The notes under the pieces: generated by a model | The model's input: only the letters and a program-made list of their open reading frames with translations | What the model was told of the DNA's origin: nothing | Databases searched by the model: none | Shown here: positions 12,961 to 27,249 of the stretch, in pieces | How the letters are laid out: every line of letters begins with the position of its first letter | How positions within the stretch are numbered: position 1 is the stretch's first letter | Source: Eledone cirrhosa | Taxonomy: Eukaryota | Length of the DNA: 64,000 nucleotides | Reading direction: 5' to 3' | NCBI GenBank assembly: GCA_964016885.1 | Contig: OZ024740.1 | Coordinates: 357,988,001-358,052,000, forward strand | Position numbers and translations under genes: made by a program

Positions 12961-14019
12961 GAAATAAACATATAGAGGACACTAGTCTGAACCAATCTTA
13001 TCCCTCCTCACCTCCTTTTACCCTGCCCAGTCTTAATACTACTCTCCATCACCTAAATACCCCACTCACCTCATCCATGTTGAATTTGCTTACTAATTCC
13101 CCTTCAACCCTCCCTCTTCATCCCTGATACACCTTCCCTGCCCAACCTATGCATACAAGCTTAGAAAGTTGGACATGGTTCTCATTTCATCTCCTGCAAT
13201 GCTGCTGCTATGAAAAAAATATACTAAGTCCAAAGGTGGTTATGTGACTGACAATATGGTGAGCTTGTATAAAGAAAGTATACCCAGCACAAATTAAAAG
13301 TGCTGTTGAAGAGCTGTGTAAAGTCTTTTTAAATATATTTGAAATACAAAAGAACAACTGGGAAAGAAAAGGTTTTCATTAGAATAGATAAAATGAATAA
13401 TAGATAGTCAATGATTTTGAAAAAGTATGCATTTTTGATACATAATTTATGTAAGCCACCCTCCATGCACAATTTGTGAAGTGGATGAGATAAACTTGTA
13501 CTGTAGTACATCTCATTCCAAGGCTGGCCTGATTAGTCATCAACGATTTCATAATGTCAGACAACAAGAGATTATTAAGATAGACATATTGAAAAATTCT
13601 ATAAAAACTTCAAGATACCATCAACAAGATAGACTGTAAAGATAAATTAATCATACTGGGTGACTGGAATGCTAAGCTTGGGAAGGATTTACAAGAAGAC
13701 TGAGGATATACAAGATTACTGAGGATGCATAACATTACAGGGAAGAATCAACAAACTGAAAACAGTTGTCTGAATTTTGTCCTTGAACATCTGCAAGATC
13801 CTACTATCTCTGAAGAATTTGGGACAACAATTGGGAGGTGGGATGTATACTTTACTTCTTGAAGAAATCTGTGAGGCTACCACATAAGTTCAATCATATG
13901 ATGGTGAATACTGGAGTGAAACTGTCAAAAATCTAAATCATGGATCACAAACAAGTTAATGGACATTTCATACAAAAGAAAAAATGTAAGAAGGATAAGG
14001 ACAAAACAGAGGGACAAAG

Positions 14020-14226
14020 AAAATTGTTTCTACTTTGGCACAAGGCCAGGAATTGAAAGGGAAAAACAATTAAATCATGTGTTACTAGTACTTTATTTTA
14101 TTGCTCTTGTAAGGATGAAAGTCAAAGCTAACCTCAATAGGACTTGAACTCAGAACATAAAGGGCCATAACTATATGCCACAAAGTATGTTGTCTGATCC
14201 TCTATCGATACTGCCAATCTGCTGTC
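14020..14226 (-). mobile_element. SINE family A copy (diverged)
   Basis: aattgtttctactttggcacaaggcc...atactgccaatc. Confidence 0.75.
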
Positions 14227-14299
14227 CATATTGAGTTCAGGATGTTTTGAAGTATAGTTTTCACATCTCCAAAGTCGTAAAATTCAAGCCAGTTTGGGC

Positions 14300-15050
14300 A
14301 TTGTAGCTCGGTGCACTAAGAGTTCCAGTCTGCTTTATTCTAGTCAAAGCAAGCAGTTTGGCGATGATTGTGGTTTTTGTTACTGCTCATAAGAGACAGA
14401 TTGGCAATGATCATAGCATGATCAGAGTCACCTAAAGGCTCCTCAGTAGTAACACTAATAAACGTTTCAGAAGTAGTGGTAAAAAGTAGATCCAAAGTGT
14501 TGTCACCTCTTGTTGGGGAGGTGACTACTTGGGACCAGTTCGAGTCCAGCACTAGCTCAAAGAAATCATTTGCACTTTGAGGCCAATGAAATGTTTCCCA
14601 ATCAATCTTAGGGTTCCCAATCAATCTCAGGGTGATTGAAGTCGCCTGCAATAAAAACATAAGTGGCTGTTTTCCTGGCAGTAGCTCTGAGGATATTACA
14701 AAGCTGTGTGTTCTAATGGTAATATTTTTGGGGGGTGGGGGTAAACAACTCCAAGTAAAAGTGTTGACATGTTTATACTATATACAGAAAAATACTTGTT
14801 GTGATTGGTTCAGATCAACTCAAGGAATTGCTGAAAAGTTTGAACAAACATAGACCATCACACCACCACGATGATTAATGCGGTCTTTGTGAAACAAGTT
14901 GTAGCCAGCTATGCTGAAAACCCCATCACAGAGTAAGGAATGTGCCCATGTTTCCATGACTGTAATGAAATCAAGGTTGATACTTTTAACATAAGAATCA
15001 AGAAGATGTATCTTGTTGCATAAACTATGAGCATTTAAGGACAACAATTT
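14300..15050 (-). pseudogene. CR1/L2-type LINE AP-endonuclease remnant
   Basis: LNAHSLCNK, ITVMETW, DR..RGGVMVYV, PTRGDNTLDLLFT, PLGDSDH motifs across frameshifts. Confidence 0.8.
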
Positions 15051-15694
15051 GTACCTTGATTTCAGTTTATGATGATATGTCGGGGATAGCAGGTTGTTCT
15101 GATTTAGTTTCCCACAGTATTTTCATTTCCAGCTATTGTGGGTACCAGCTGGTATCTCTTTTCCATGTTTCATCATCATCCATGGTAGATTTTCTAATCA
15201 GTTCTGGTCCTATGGTCTGGTGATTAGCCATGGTCTTTAACAGGATTTGAATCATTTGGTAGAATTTAAATTCAAAATGCAAAAGTAGAACAGATACTGC
15301 AAAACATCAAACCTCTAATAATTCTGTCTATCCATTGGTCTATATTTATTGACACCCACAAAAGATGAAAGAGAAATCTAACTTTGGTGGGATTTGAATT
15401 CAGAACACAGAGAGCCAGAAGTAAAGCATTCTAGCTAACACTCAAATACCTCTTCCATTTTATTGATTTTTACCAGCTACTTGAATAACTTTGTAATTTG
15501 AGAACAGAATAATAAGCCGTATATGCTAGCATAGGTTTAGACAGGGCAATGTATTGATATAAAAATACCTATTGGTTACTATTTATGCCAATGAAAATGT
15601 AGATATATAATAAAAGAAAAAATAACTCTTGTCATTTCTTAGAAAATAGTTGACTTTATTTAATCAGTCCTTATAGATTATAATATATCTTTTG

Positions 15695-15922
15695 CGAAGT
15701 GTGACAGATTGTTAGCATTCTTAGAACACTGGATGAATAATTTGTGGTATTTGTTCTAGCTCTTTATGTTCTGAGTTCAAATTCTGCTAGGTCAACTTTG
15801 ACTTTCATTTTCTGTAGGGGTGGGGGTCGATAAAAGGAAGTACCAATCAAGTACTGGGGTTGATTTAATCGATTTTTCCCTACCCCTAAACTACTGCTTT
15901 TGTGCTTAACTTAGAAATCATT
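15695..15922 (+). mobile_element. SINE family A copy (diverged)
   Basis: ctgagttcaaattctg...gggtcgataaa...gtacc...ctggggttgatttaatcga. Confidence 0.7.
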
Positions 15923-16002
15923 ACATCCTTTGAGAAATCCTGTAAGACACAAAGATCAATATTTTTTCAGAGTTTTGACTTGCCCTTTTCTTCATTTCCC
16001 CA

Positions 16003-16063
<61 letters not shown>

Positions 16064-16856
16064 TCTCTCATATGTTTCACACATTATCTTGTTCAATGTT
16101 ACAAGACAAGCTGCATTCAGATAGCTTATCATTATCGTTATCTTTTTAGATATTTTATGAAAACAGTTAACTGCTCCCCCTCACAATGTCTTTACTATTA
16201 TGGTAGAACCACTCTATTTCTATCTCATGGTACCAGCTTATAGTTAAAGAAGAAAGATTTTGAAGTGGATTAACAATGTTTATTTTGAAACAATGAAGTC
16301 TATTACAATCCAAAGAGCCAATTTTCAACTATGTTTTAGCAATGCTGAAAATAAAATATATTTTTCTTCTTGACAACATCAAGGCTGTAAATATGTAAAA
16401 ACAATGTGAATCAAGCTGAACTTATTTTATTAACACCCATAAGAATGTAAGACAATGTCAACCCTCATGAGATTTGAAGTCAGAAAGCTCATGGGCGTAA
16501 CTAAATACTGAAACTATTTAGTTCATCATCTTTCTGCTATTTCAGGCCTCATGATGTTGATGATGATGACAATAGTGGTAATGATTGTGATGATGTTGAT
16601 AATGGCGAGGACAGTAGTGATGATGATGAGGATGATGAAGACAATGGTGGAAATGATGGTGGTAATGAGAATAACTGTGCAATTGTATGGACATCAATAG
16701 ATATATAGAATATTAAAATTGTAGATATTTCCAAAGAATCTACCAACATATAATTGTGACAGATTAGTAAATATTTTATAAATATTTGACCTAATATGAT
16801 GGAAATAGCAGAGGATTTGTCAAAGGGTTTGGTGTCTACATATGATTAACTCTAAA

Positions 16857-17180
16857 TTAGACAAACCAGGAAGTCAGGAACCGCACCAACCAGCAGCTAG
16901 TCTCTTCTGCCATCTGCAAGCGACGCCTGGGCTGGTTTGGGCACGCTTTGAGACTTCCCCCGGAGAGACTGGCGAACCAAGTACTTAAATGGAACCTACA
17001 GGGAAGCAGATGGAGAGGGCGACCCAAAACGAACTGGCGCCAGACAGTTGAGAGGGACCTGCGAGCGACAAACAGACAATGGCGGGACGCTGTGCAACTG
17101 GCTGCTGACCGAACGCGGTGGAACACTATGATTGCCTCATGCGTCGCAAGACGCGGGAGCTTCTGAGTCTGAGTCTGAGT
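16857..17180 (+). mobile_element. RTE LINE 3' fragment with (TCTGAG)n tail
   Basis: RRLGWFGHALR, RGRPKTNWRQTVERDL, AADRTRW; GC-rich block. Confidence 0.85.
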
Positions 17181-18599
17181 TTGCCAAAGTCATCATAGTG
17201 AAATAGGAACATTGTGGAATATATGCCCAACCATAAGATTGACTAAACTGGTAAAAAATGCAGTTAAGAAAGATTTATAAAACAACATAGTTTTGCATAG
17301 TTTTGCATGTTTTTGATGTGTCAGACAAAGCCTTTTCTTCAGAGAAATAAGAAATGTGATTGCTATTGTAGCTGAGACCGAAGATAGATTGAATTAAACA
17401 GATCAAACTTGTTCAAACTGCGACAATCCCATTTTCTCATGTTTCAAGAACTACACTATTATAGGTATTCTCTTTTCTTTTGAAAGACAACAGGATATGG
17501 GTTTGCTATTTTTTTTACCTGTCTATGTATGAATATATATATAGAGAGATAGACAGATAAGTATATCGATATGGATATTTTAAACATGCACTAAAAAACA
17601 CATACACATACATTTAAATACATTAAAATATTAAAAACAAAAGAACAATGTAATACAATATAAAAGCAAGTAGTTAAAGTAATGTATTTAAGAGAGCCTT
17701 TGTTTGTTTGAGAATCAGTCTAGCATGAAATAATTGATATCTTATTGTTTCATCTGTGTTATTATTTTGCTTTATGACTGGAACGAACAGAGAAGTGAAT
17801 ATTTTGCCATTCTTATAGAGGAACCTTTATAACTTTGTAATGACATAATTGTGTCTTTCAAGACAAACAAACTGCATTCCAAATGTTTTCAACTTCTACA
17901 ATGCAAATTGCAGCCTATGAAGTTTCAGGAATAATTGTAGAGTAATTAATAAAAGGAGTTTGAAATGAAATGCTATCTTTAAATTGACTATGACAGATAT
18001 TTGAAAATATTCACACAATCTATTAATCACTCTTTGGCTATTTTAACCTGCTATTTTGGTTGATGTGAAAGCATGGATGGCTGAGTTTGATAAAACATTA
18101 CTAGAACAGGTAGCCAAGAGACTGGTAGTTCATATCATTATATCACTGCTGCAACAAAGGCCCAAGATATTTAGATTTTAAATGAGATGCACCCATGCTA
18201 GCGTGGAAGATGGATGTTAAACGAAGATGATGATGATGATGATGATGATTGCACACATACATACACATATATCATTGTCATTGTATTTGCATCAGCTTTT
18301 TTATGCTAGTATGGTTAGATAAGATAACTGAGGAAGGATTTCTATAGTAGAATGCCCGTCCTAACACCAATTTATAGTTTATTTATAAGTATGAAATGTA
18401 CTGTTCATCTCAATGAAATCACAACACTGAAAGGTATATTCTTTATGTAGAACATAAACAAATGTTATAGATGTGATATAAAAACGTATGTAACAAGCTC
18501 ACACACATATACACACACATATACACACATACACACCCATTCACACACATAAATCTGCATACACATAAGCACATACACACACATACACATACATACATA

Positions 18600-20097
18600 C
18601 ATGATGGTTGCAAACTCTGCTAAGAGTATTGCAATCGCTTATCAGATTATAGAGTTTGGTGCACTTTTAGGCTACAGTCAGCCATACGAACCTGTAACAT
18701 ATCCTGAACAAGCAATGCTGTACTTTGAAGGTTTTTTGCACATACATACATAATAGCTGTATCTCAGTTTTGAGAATTGCCATTACTTGATCTTTTTCTT
18801 ATACAGGGGTAACACAAACATGACTATTTAGCCCTTCCAAAGCCTTAGATTCCTTTCTGTATATGCTGTAGGGAAAGAAAAAAGAAAAGACCATGCTCAT
18901 GGAACACACGTGCAATTTGTTTAGATCAAGTGTTGTTTGTGCTTGAAGCTTTTTTAAGTGAAGAAAGGCCTTGCACTGGACCAATCCCACTCTCTGAACA
19001 ATGGTAACAGGTACCCAAAAAGAATAACAGGTCAACATCATTAGCTGCCATTGAATTGCAAATTTTACATCAAAGTTTTCCTTCTAACAAGAACTAGGAA
19101 TCTCTCACTCCTGGTGGGATAATCTCAGCTCAGGCAAGACCGAGTATTTCCATGTCTCCGAGCATACATACATACATATGTATGGTGGCTGCCAACTCGT
19201 TTTCAAGTACGGCCACTACTTTATATCCATGTAGGAGAACCCCTACCGATACGCTGAACGAGTGTGACTTTTTAGTCCAGCCAGCGACTTGAAAACTCTG
19301 GTACAAACACTACACTTGTGACAATTATTGACACATAGTGCTGGGCCCATGGTAACATGTGACGACAAGTGCAGAGAGATCTCCAGATATAAAGCAATGC
19401 CTGTGCCGTGAAGCTTTTATAGTGAGCAAAGGCTCTGCACAAAGCCAGTCCCACTCTCTTAACCAAGATGATATTTACCAAAAAGAAGAACAAGTCAACA
19501 TCATTGAATACCATCAGGGTTGCAGGTGTTATATCAGAGTTTTCCTTCTCCTAGAATTCTGCCTTGACAAAGGCTAAGGGGTCATCTCTCCCGGACATAC
19601 ATATGTATACATGTATACAAACATACACACATACATACATGTATACATACATGATGATGATGGCTGCTCCCTCGTTATTGAGTATGGCCATTGCACGATA
19701 TAACATTATTAATAATTATCAATTAAGCTATCGTGCAATGCCTGTGCGTGAAGATTTCTTTTTGAAGTGAGGAAAGTCTGTGCACTGAGCCAATCCCATT
19801 CTCTAAGCAACAGTAGCTATAATCCGAAAAGAAGAAAATATCTACATCATCGGTAACTACTGAGCCACAAGTTTTATGTCGAAGTTATCTTAGTTTCCTG
19901 AGTTGTCTTCTCCTAAACGAAATCCCTGACAAAGTCTAGGGGTCCTTCACTCCCAGTGGTTTAACCGTGTGATAGGGTATCCAGCCCGATTATTTCTATG
20001 TGCCTGCGCATATATACACATATGTATACATGCATATGATGGCTGCAAACTCTGCTATGTGTATTGCAATCGCTTGTCAGATTATAGAGTTTGGTGT
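18600..20097 (-). mobile_element. cluster of related non-coding elements (family B), probably non-autonomous RTE derivatives
   Basis: four related segments (18600-19160, 19180-19595, 19650-20010, 20036-20097); each starts on + with atg(a/g)tgg(c/t)tgc, and the three long ones share cca(a/g)tccca(c/t)tctct and caacatcat-like blocks. Confidence 0.7.
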
Positions 20098-20339
20098 ACA
20101 TACATACATACATAAATAAATACATACCTATTCTATACCTAAATTGAAATGTATGAGTGTGTCATGGTCCCCTAACAAGTCCAGAAAGGCAATAGCTCTG
20201 AATAAAATCTGTATCAGATGATAACAAACCCGATGACCCATGCTAGCATGGAGATCAGTTGTAAAACTATAATGAGGATAAGATGATGACACAATGGGTT
20301 TCCTTTCAGCTTCCATCTATCAAATTCCCATTGTCAGTA

Positions 20340-20503
20340 TACTCAGATGAAAATGAGTACCAGCAATTGCTACGGGTTTAACACTACAATGGACTGGCAT
20401 CCAGTCCAGGGCAGAATCTTGTACTCTCAGTTGCTTCATGCCATGAAACCGGGATAAGCACCGGTCAAATGAGCCTTCTGGCTTAAGACAGACTCTAGAC
20501 TTT
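20340..20503 (+). mobile_element. SINE remnant with a V-domain-like central motif
   Basis: aaaatgagtaccagc...atggactggcatccagtccaggg...gcttcatgc..gaaaccgggataagc; family recognised from memory only. Confidence 0.45.
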
Positions 20504-21020
20504 AGATATATATATATATCATTTATATTATGCTGTTTGCCAGTGCGTAGAACTGGTGGTTCGGGTTGGTAAACGATGATGCAACAAATTAATTAAAGCT
20601 CTCAATTGTATGCAAATCATCCATCACAGATGAGGTATCCAGTGGTTGGTGCAGGAACTGAGTTAAGTATTCATTAAAACAACAACAGAAGGCCGGACTA
20701 GAAAATTTACTTTAGTATTCCATGAAAGCACTATACATATTTCAATGGCCAAGCCTAATCATCCAATTATGTTGTAAGACTTGACGATTTCATCAGGTGT
20801 TATTTTCAGAATTATATAATAGGATTACGTTGAACTGAAACAGAGAATAGAAGACAGGAGCTACAAAGAAATTAGAAATTAGAAATTAGAACTAGAAAAT
20901 AGTTTGGGGACTGCCTGCTAATTGGATGTTATATCAATAGCAAACAAGCCATATATATATATATATATATATATGCATGCATACACACAGACACAGACAC
21001 AGACACACACACACCTATAT

Positions 21021-22355
21021 ATCATCATCATCGTTTTACATCGTTCTTCCACTCTAGCATGGGTTAGACGGATTGTCCTGTTGTGAGCAGTGTCCAGTCA
21101 GCTGACCTTGTCTTGCTCATACAGGAACTGATTCTGGCTTGATTTTTACAGCTGGATGCCCTTCCTAACACCGACCTCATTTACAGTGAGTGCTGGGTGC
21201 TTTTTTTCCGTGGCACCTACACGACCACTTTACAGTGTGGGCTTGGTGCTTTTTTGCCATGGCACCTCCACAACCACTTTGCAGTGGGAGGGTGTGGGGG
21301 CATATTGTCTATATGCTTCAGCTTTTATGCAGCTGTCATCTTTCATATACATCACATGTCCACACGCATCCATACCAATGTAACCTCCTTTCCTGCACAC
21401 AGCATTTGATTGATCTGATGCTCAGTCTCTCTCTCAATTCATTTATACTTTGCTGATCGCATATATTACTATTACACATCCATCGGAGCATGCAAGCTTC
21501 GTTTCTTTCTAATATGCGCAAGTCTTCTACAGACAGCACCCAGTTTCACTTCCATGTAACATTGCTGTTCGTATACACGCATCACACAGTCTGCCTTTCA
21601 TTTTAAGAGGAAAGCCTTTTGCAGCTAACAGTGGCAGTAGCTCCCTGAACTTCTTCCATCCTGTTCTTACCCTAGTTATTGTACTTTCCGAACACCCACC
21701 TCCACTGCTAATTTGGTCACCTAGGTAGCAGAAGCTGCCTACTGTTTCTACAGAGCCCTCCCAGAATTTGGTGGTGTTTGTTTCCTGTGGCCGTTTGCTG
21801 CTTGATGTCCCAGTGCAGCTGCTACATGTGAAGTCTACATTCTTAGTTAAACTTCCTGAGATCCCGTTACATCTCTTGTGTACCCATTGTTTGCATTTGG
21901 GGCAGAGAATGGAGTTCTTACCCACACCTTTCCTACATACTGAGCAAGGCCATTTCCCTGAGGGAATCTGGGTTCTCGTCTACTTACAAGAACCTTAGTC
22001 TTTGTTAGGTTGACTTTGAGACCCTTTCTTTCTAGTCCTTGCTTCCATGTTTGGAATTTCTTCTCTAGTTCCACCATGGATTCATTTATAAGTGTGAGAT
22101 CATCCGCATACAGGAGTTCCCATGGGCATCCGGTCTTAAACTCCTCCGTTATTGCCTGCAAAACTTTAATGAACAGGAGAAGGGTAAGAACAGAGCCCCG
22201 GTGGACACCGACCTGTATGCTAAATTCCTTGCTATACTCATTGCTAACGAATGCCAGGTAGAGTGGCTTACTTTTAGCTAGGTACTTTTCCTGTAACTGC
22301 CTCACAAGGAAGAGAGCATCAGTAGTGCCTTTTCCTGGTACAAACCCAAATTGCA
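21021..22355 (-). mobile_element. RTE family A, 5'-truncated, with internal deletions
   Basis: MQFGFVPGKGTTDA, LLYADDL, Cys motif; same 3' UTR as 6140-6400. Confidence 0.92.
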
Positions 22356-23019
22356 TATATATATATATATAATATATGTGTGTGTGTATTTATACATGTA
22401 CTTTGGGAAGGTCATACTGGCAATTAAAACTTGCATGTAAGTTGACTTTCTCGTCAGTTTTTATTATTAATCTGGTAATTAGTCCATTCATCAGTTAGTT
22501 AATCAACCAATCAACTAATTAATTAACTGCCAAACCTTTTTATCACACAGTCTGAGCATTTTAGATCTTATCATTCACTTTTTTCCATCTGTTTCTTGTA
22601 TATATCTTGACCTCAACTTTACTTTAGCTTTTTTTCTTCTTTTTGGTTTTGTCTTTGTCTTCTGTCTGCCTAATGTAGTGTGCATAAGCATGCGTGGGCA
22701 TGCATGCCCATACGTGTGCATTCCCATGAGTGTTATCTTCTCTAGTGTTCTCTCTCTTGATATATATGTTACTGCTATTACCATTATTGTCATTGTCCCT
22801 TCTATTATCATTCTTTATATTATTACTATTATTGCCACCCTCTCTTTCTCTCTCTCAGTCTCTCTGGGTATATGTATTTCTTCTTTCGCAAATCCCACCT
22901 ATACAGTGTATTTGCATGTTGATGCAATTTCTCACTAGTGTACTTATGTATACCTATACAAATCAGGGGCCAACTGTTGGGAATAAGCCATATAGTGAAC
23001 ATTTTGACAAATGGGAGAT

Positions 23020-23427
23020 TTAAGCCTTTAGCACTTACATTATTCTGGGCAGTGGATTGGCAGTATCGGTAGAGGGTCGGATGCCATGCTTTGCAGCATA
23101 GTTACATCCCTTTACGGACTGAGTTCAAATCCCGCCGAGGTTAACTTTGCCTTTCATCTTTACGGGGTCGATAAAATAAAGTACCAGTAATGCACTGATT
23201 AATTGCTGGTCTTGTGCCAAAAGTAGAAACAATTATTCTATATATACTATTATGTTTTTATAGTAAAGGCTTTATCTCACATAATATTGAATCTATGAGA
23301 TTTTGATGTTATTTATTTTGACAACAATACCTTAATGTCAGTATGAGCAGCCAGTTATGACCAGTTTGAACACAAAGAGGTGAGAGAGTTCTGCCTGGAC
23401 ACGTTGGTTTAAATGCTAAAGGCTTAA
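23020..23427. mobile_element. TTAA-flanked piggyBac-like MITE carrying a SINE A insertion
   Basis: ttaagcctttagca...tgctaaaggcttaa; SINE 23047-23237 flanked by TSD attattct (23039-23046 and 23232-23239). Confidence 0.75.
23047..23237 (+). mobile_element. SINE family A copy
   Basis: near-consensus body, 8-bp TSD. Confidence 0.88.
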
Positions 23428-23849
23428 AATATTCCCCCTTTTTCAAAATACATGGAAAATACAAACATTTATGAAAAGCGAAGAAGAACATTTTATAAAA
23501 ATATTCAATCTGAGACTGAATTGGAAAGAAATAGTGATAACTGATACCAAATACAGTTACCCTGGTAGTTGAACATATAACCTTGCTAGTTATGAAATAT
23601 TTACACAAAATTTTCTTCACCAAATCCTTCTATGAAAATGAAAGTGATTCATACACCTGATAATAAATGAAATCAGTCACCTCTTGTGCTCTCAAAATAT
23701 TTTCTATATTAACATGTTTCAATTAGTAAAGTCAGTTTGTCAATCTTGTTTTACTGTCCAAACATCCAACATGATGGCTGAAAGCAGCTACAGCTCTGAT
23801 TTATCAGGATTGTGATCTCTATTAAATTATGTATGTATGTATGTATGTT

Positions 23850-25040
23850 TCGCTTTCTCATAATTTCGAGTACATTTTTGACTAGCCACCTTCCTGGTGG
23901 CAAGGTTGTAAAAGAAAAGAAATTGTTATTCCTTGAATCGCAAGAATGTTTTGCAAATTTTGAAGGTGCCAGCTATTGCAGCCATTTGTAGTCTATGAAT
24001 TAGAGAGCTGCATTCTTTGTCCACAAATCCAAGTTCAGTTATAATTTGGTCCAAGCAGGTTGGTATATAACCTGTAGCTCCAATAGTGATGGTAATGAAG
24101 CTGAAGGTGTATCTTAGATACTGGATCTGCAAACTCCTCATCAATGGTCCGTAGATAACCTCCTTCTCATGTATCTTTCTTACAACGTTGACATCAAGTG
24201 GGCAGCTGACCTCTACAACAGGGCACGTTTTCAATGTGTGGTCCCAAACAACAATATTAGGCCGATTGTGCTTTAATTTGGTGGCAATTTTTATTTTCAG
24301 GTCCACCAGTATTCCTTAGTGCCATCTATCTCAATATATTCCTCCTCATTTGTTTTTAATTGCGTTTTCCTAAGTGCACTCCAGATGGTTCTAGCTATCA
24401 CATCATGTCTCATAGGGAGGTAGTAGTTAGACAACATTCTTTTTCAGTTGGCAACAATGTGGCTAACTTCTTCGATCTTTGTTTTACAAAGCCAACATTT
24501 ATTGTTGACTAATGGCCCTCCTCTTTTGTGTAGCAGATATTTGGTAGGGATTTCTTGTTCCTGTATTGCATAGAGATATCCTTCAAGGTGGGATGTCATA
24601 AACTTGTCGGAACTACATGCCAGGCTTTTTGAATGATTTATTCCCTCTATGGTCTGTGTTTTCCATCTCAGGTACCCTTGTACAACTTTCTATGTAAATT
24701 GGTCCATTATTTAATCTTGTTTGAGCATTGAATAGGATTTTCCAATGTTCTTAGGAGAGAGATTTATATCAGGCATTATTCCATATCTCTCCTCTAGATC
24801 AGTGACTATCCTAATGATATTATGGCAGTATCAGTAGAGGGTCGGACACCATGCCTTTATGGTCTGAATTCAAATCCCGCCGAGGTTAACTTTGCCTTTC
24901 ATCTTTACAGGGTCGATAAAATAAAGTACTAGTAATGCACTGGGATAATTGCTGGCCTTGTGCCAAAAGTAGAAACAATTATTTCCTTCATGTTCATAAA
25001 CCTGGGCAAGATGGTTGCTGACCTTTTTCTTCTGTTGAAG
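23850..25040 (-). pseudogene. R4/Dong-like non-LTR retrotransposon 3' part (CCHC knuckle and restriction-like endonuclease), interrupted by a SINE
   Basis: KCWLCKTKIEEVSHIV, RHDVIA, HNRPNIVVWD, VEVSCP, EKEVIY, IGATG motifs. Confidence 0.8.
24824..24983 (+). mobile_element. SINE family A copy
   Basis: body and tail match. Confidence 0.85.
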
Positions 25041-25451
25041 ATGTTGCTTGAGTGTTACTATGTATGTTCTTCTGGTTTTATAATTTCACAAATTTTTGCC
25101 AATAGAGAGAGAGAGTCAGTTTCTAACATAGACACAAGACTCTCTCATTGGAATTTACACAACATCAACTAGGTAGATATGTATGTATGTCTGCATGCAT
25201 GCATGTGTAGGTATGGATGTTATTGTATGTGTGGATGTGTATGTTTTGAGTTGTATGTGTGCATGTGTATATGCTTTGTATCTGTACATGTGTATATGCA
25301 GTTATTAGATGCAAAATTTTTGGAATGTTTTACATATTTTTACTGTTCCATTTATGTATGTATGTATGTATGTATGTATGTATGAATGTATGAATATATG
25401 TATGTATGAATATACGTATGTATGAATATACGTATGTATTATTATTATTAG

Positions 25452-25648
25452 TCTGGTGGATTGGCAGTATCGGTAGAGGGTCGGACAACATGCTTTGACG
25501 CATAGAGTTACGTCCCTTTATGATCTGAATTCAAATCCCGCCGAGGTTAACTTTGCCTTTCATCCTTACGGGGTCGATAAAATAAAGTACCAGTAACACA
25601 CTGGGTAATTGATGGCCTTGTACCTAAAGTAGAAACAATTATTATTAT
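25452..25648 (+). mobile_element. SINE family A copy
   Basis: body match; flanked by attattattagtct on both sides (probable TSD). Confidence 0.88.
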
Positions 25649-25749
25649 TAGTCTTATTTTTTGTGTCATCACTGCATTACCAAGCACAACATACATATAT
25701 ACATACATATATACATACATATGATGTCTCATACATATGATGTCTCATA

Positions 25750-26974
25750 CAAAATGATGTCTCAACATATCGGATGTTAGTCCTTCATCAGGAAAGAGTA
25801 AAGTTAGAAGAAAGAGGGCGTTTGAACGTTGAAGAGGGAAAACAAAAGAATCCATCAGAATGGATGAGGTGAGTTGGCATATGGGTGTGTAAGTATTCCG
25901 GCATTTGGAGTGGGGTTGCTGAAGTGATGGCACAAAATCTGATCTGTTATTGGTGCTGGTTTGTATGCGCAGATGAGGTGTATTATATGAGTTTGTGTGT
26001 TGTTATTCTCATTTTATGTTTGTGTAAATATTTGTTGGAGTGGTGTATATTTTGTTCTGGGAGAATTATTAGTGTGTGTGTGGTTTATGCTGAGCAGAGC
26101 TTGAGTGTGTGTATGTGTGTGTATGTGTATGTGTGTATGGATGTGTGTGTGTGTATCATTTAAGAAGTGTAGGGGTGTATGAGATCTGTAGAAAAACAAG
26201 TAATTTCAAACAAGTAATTTCTCTAGTAGAATTCAGAGTTTAAATTGAGTGCCATGTAGAGTCCATTAGAGGAATTTAAAGAGGAGTTAGTAGTGGGGTT
26301 GGATGTGGGTGTCACATGATGACTAGGATGTGCCAATATAATAAGGGGATGTGCTGTAGTTGTTGGAGTGTATGGTGGCTGGCAGAATTCAAAAAGAATT
26401 AAAAATATTTGTCCTTGGAAGTCAACATGAGGTGAAATTTATGCCAATGTACATCTGAATGGTGTACATGTTTCTCTTGATTGTGTGTTCCCATATATGC
26501 CAGGGTGTATTGTCAATGCGCATATGTTTATATAATCACAATTGGTTGAAGTTGGTGTTTCTCACATACTGTATTCAGACTGCAAGACTCTTTGTATGCA
26601 TACGCTTTACTCACCATAAGCATTTTTGCCTTTATTTTTTGTTAACACACTACTAAATTCGACACAATTTCTCTCCCATTTCTTAGATATAGTGAACTTG
26701 TTAAAAGGATATGCTTTTTTGAGGACATCTAAGAAGATTGAAACATGTTAATAGCTTTCATATGCTTATAAACAAGGACCACAAAAAATCTAGATCAACT
26801 CAGGCTATAGGTGTTCTCTTTGCTTCCTTCTCATGATTTCAATACCCATAGAGAAATTTTGGTCTTGAAATTGCGAGGATTTCCCATTTGCTATATTCAG
26901 AATGTGAAACTCTATCTGAATGTATATACTTCATACAGAGCTCCCTAATCAGGAATTTTGTCCCTATACTTTTT

Positions 26975-26975
<1 letters not shown>
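25750..26975 (-). mobile_element. degraded Penelope-like 3' region with a decayed hammerhead
   Basis: minus strand cctgatgaaggactaacatccgatatg, homologous to the 3296-3334 motif; KWEILAISR resembles a GIY-YIG C-terminus near 26870. Confidence 0.45.
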
Positions 26976-27044
<69 letters not shown>

Positions 27045-27070
27045 TATATGTGTGTGTGTATTAAAACACA

Positions 27071-27249
27071 TAATTGTTTCTACTTTAGGCACAAGGCCAG
27101 CAATTACCCAGTGCATTACTGGTACTTTATTTTATCGACCCCGTAAGGATGAAAGGCAAAGTCAACCTCGGCGGGATTTGAACTCAGATCATAAAGGGAC
27201 GTAACTATGCTGGAAAGCATGGCGTCAAACCCTCTACCGATACTGCCAA
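27071..27249 (-). mobile_element. SINE family A copy
   Basis: near-consensus reverse complement. Confidence 0.88.
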
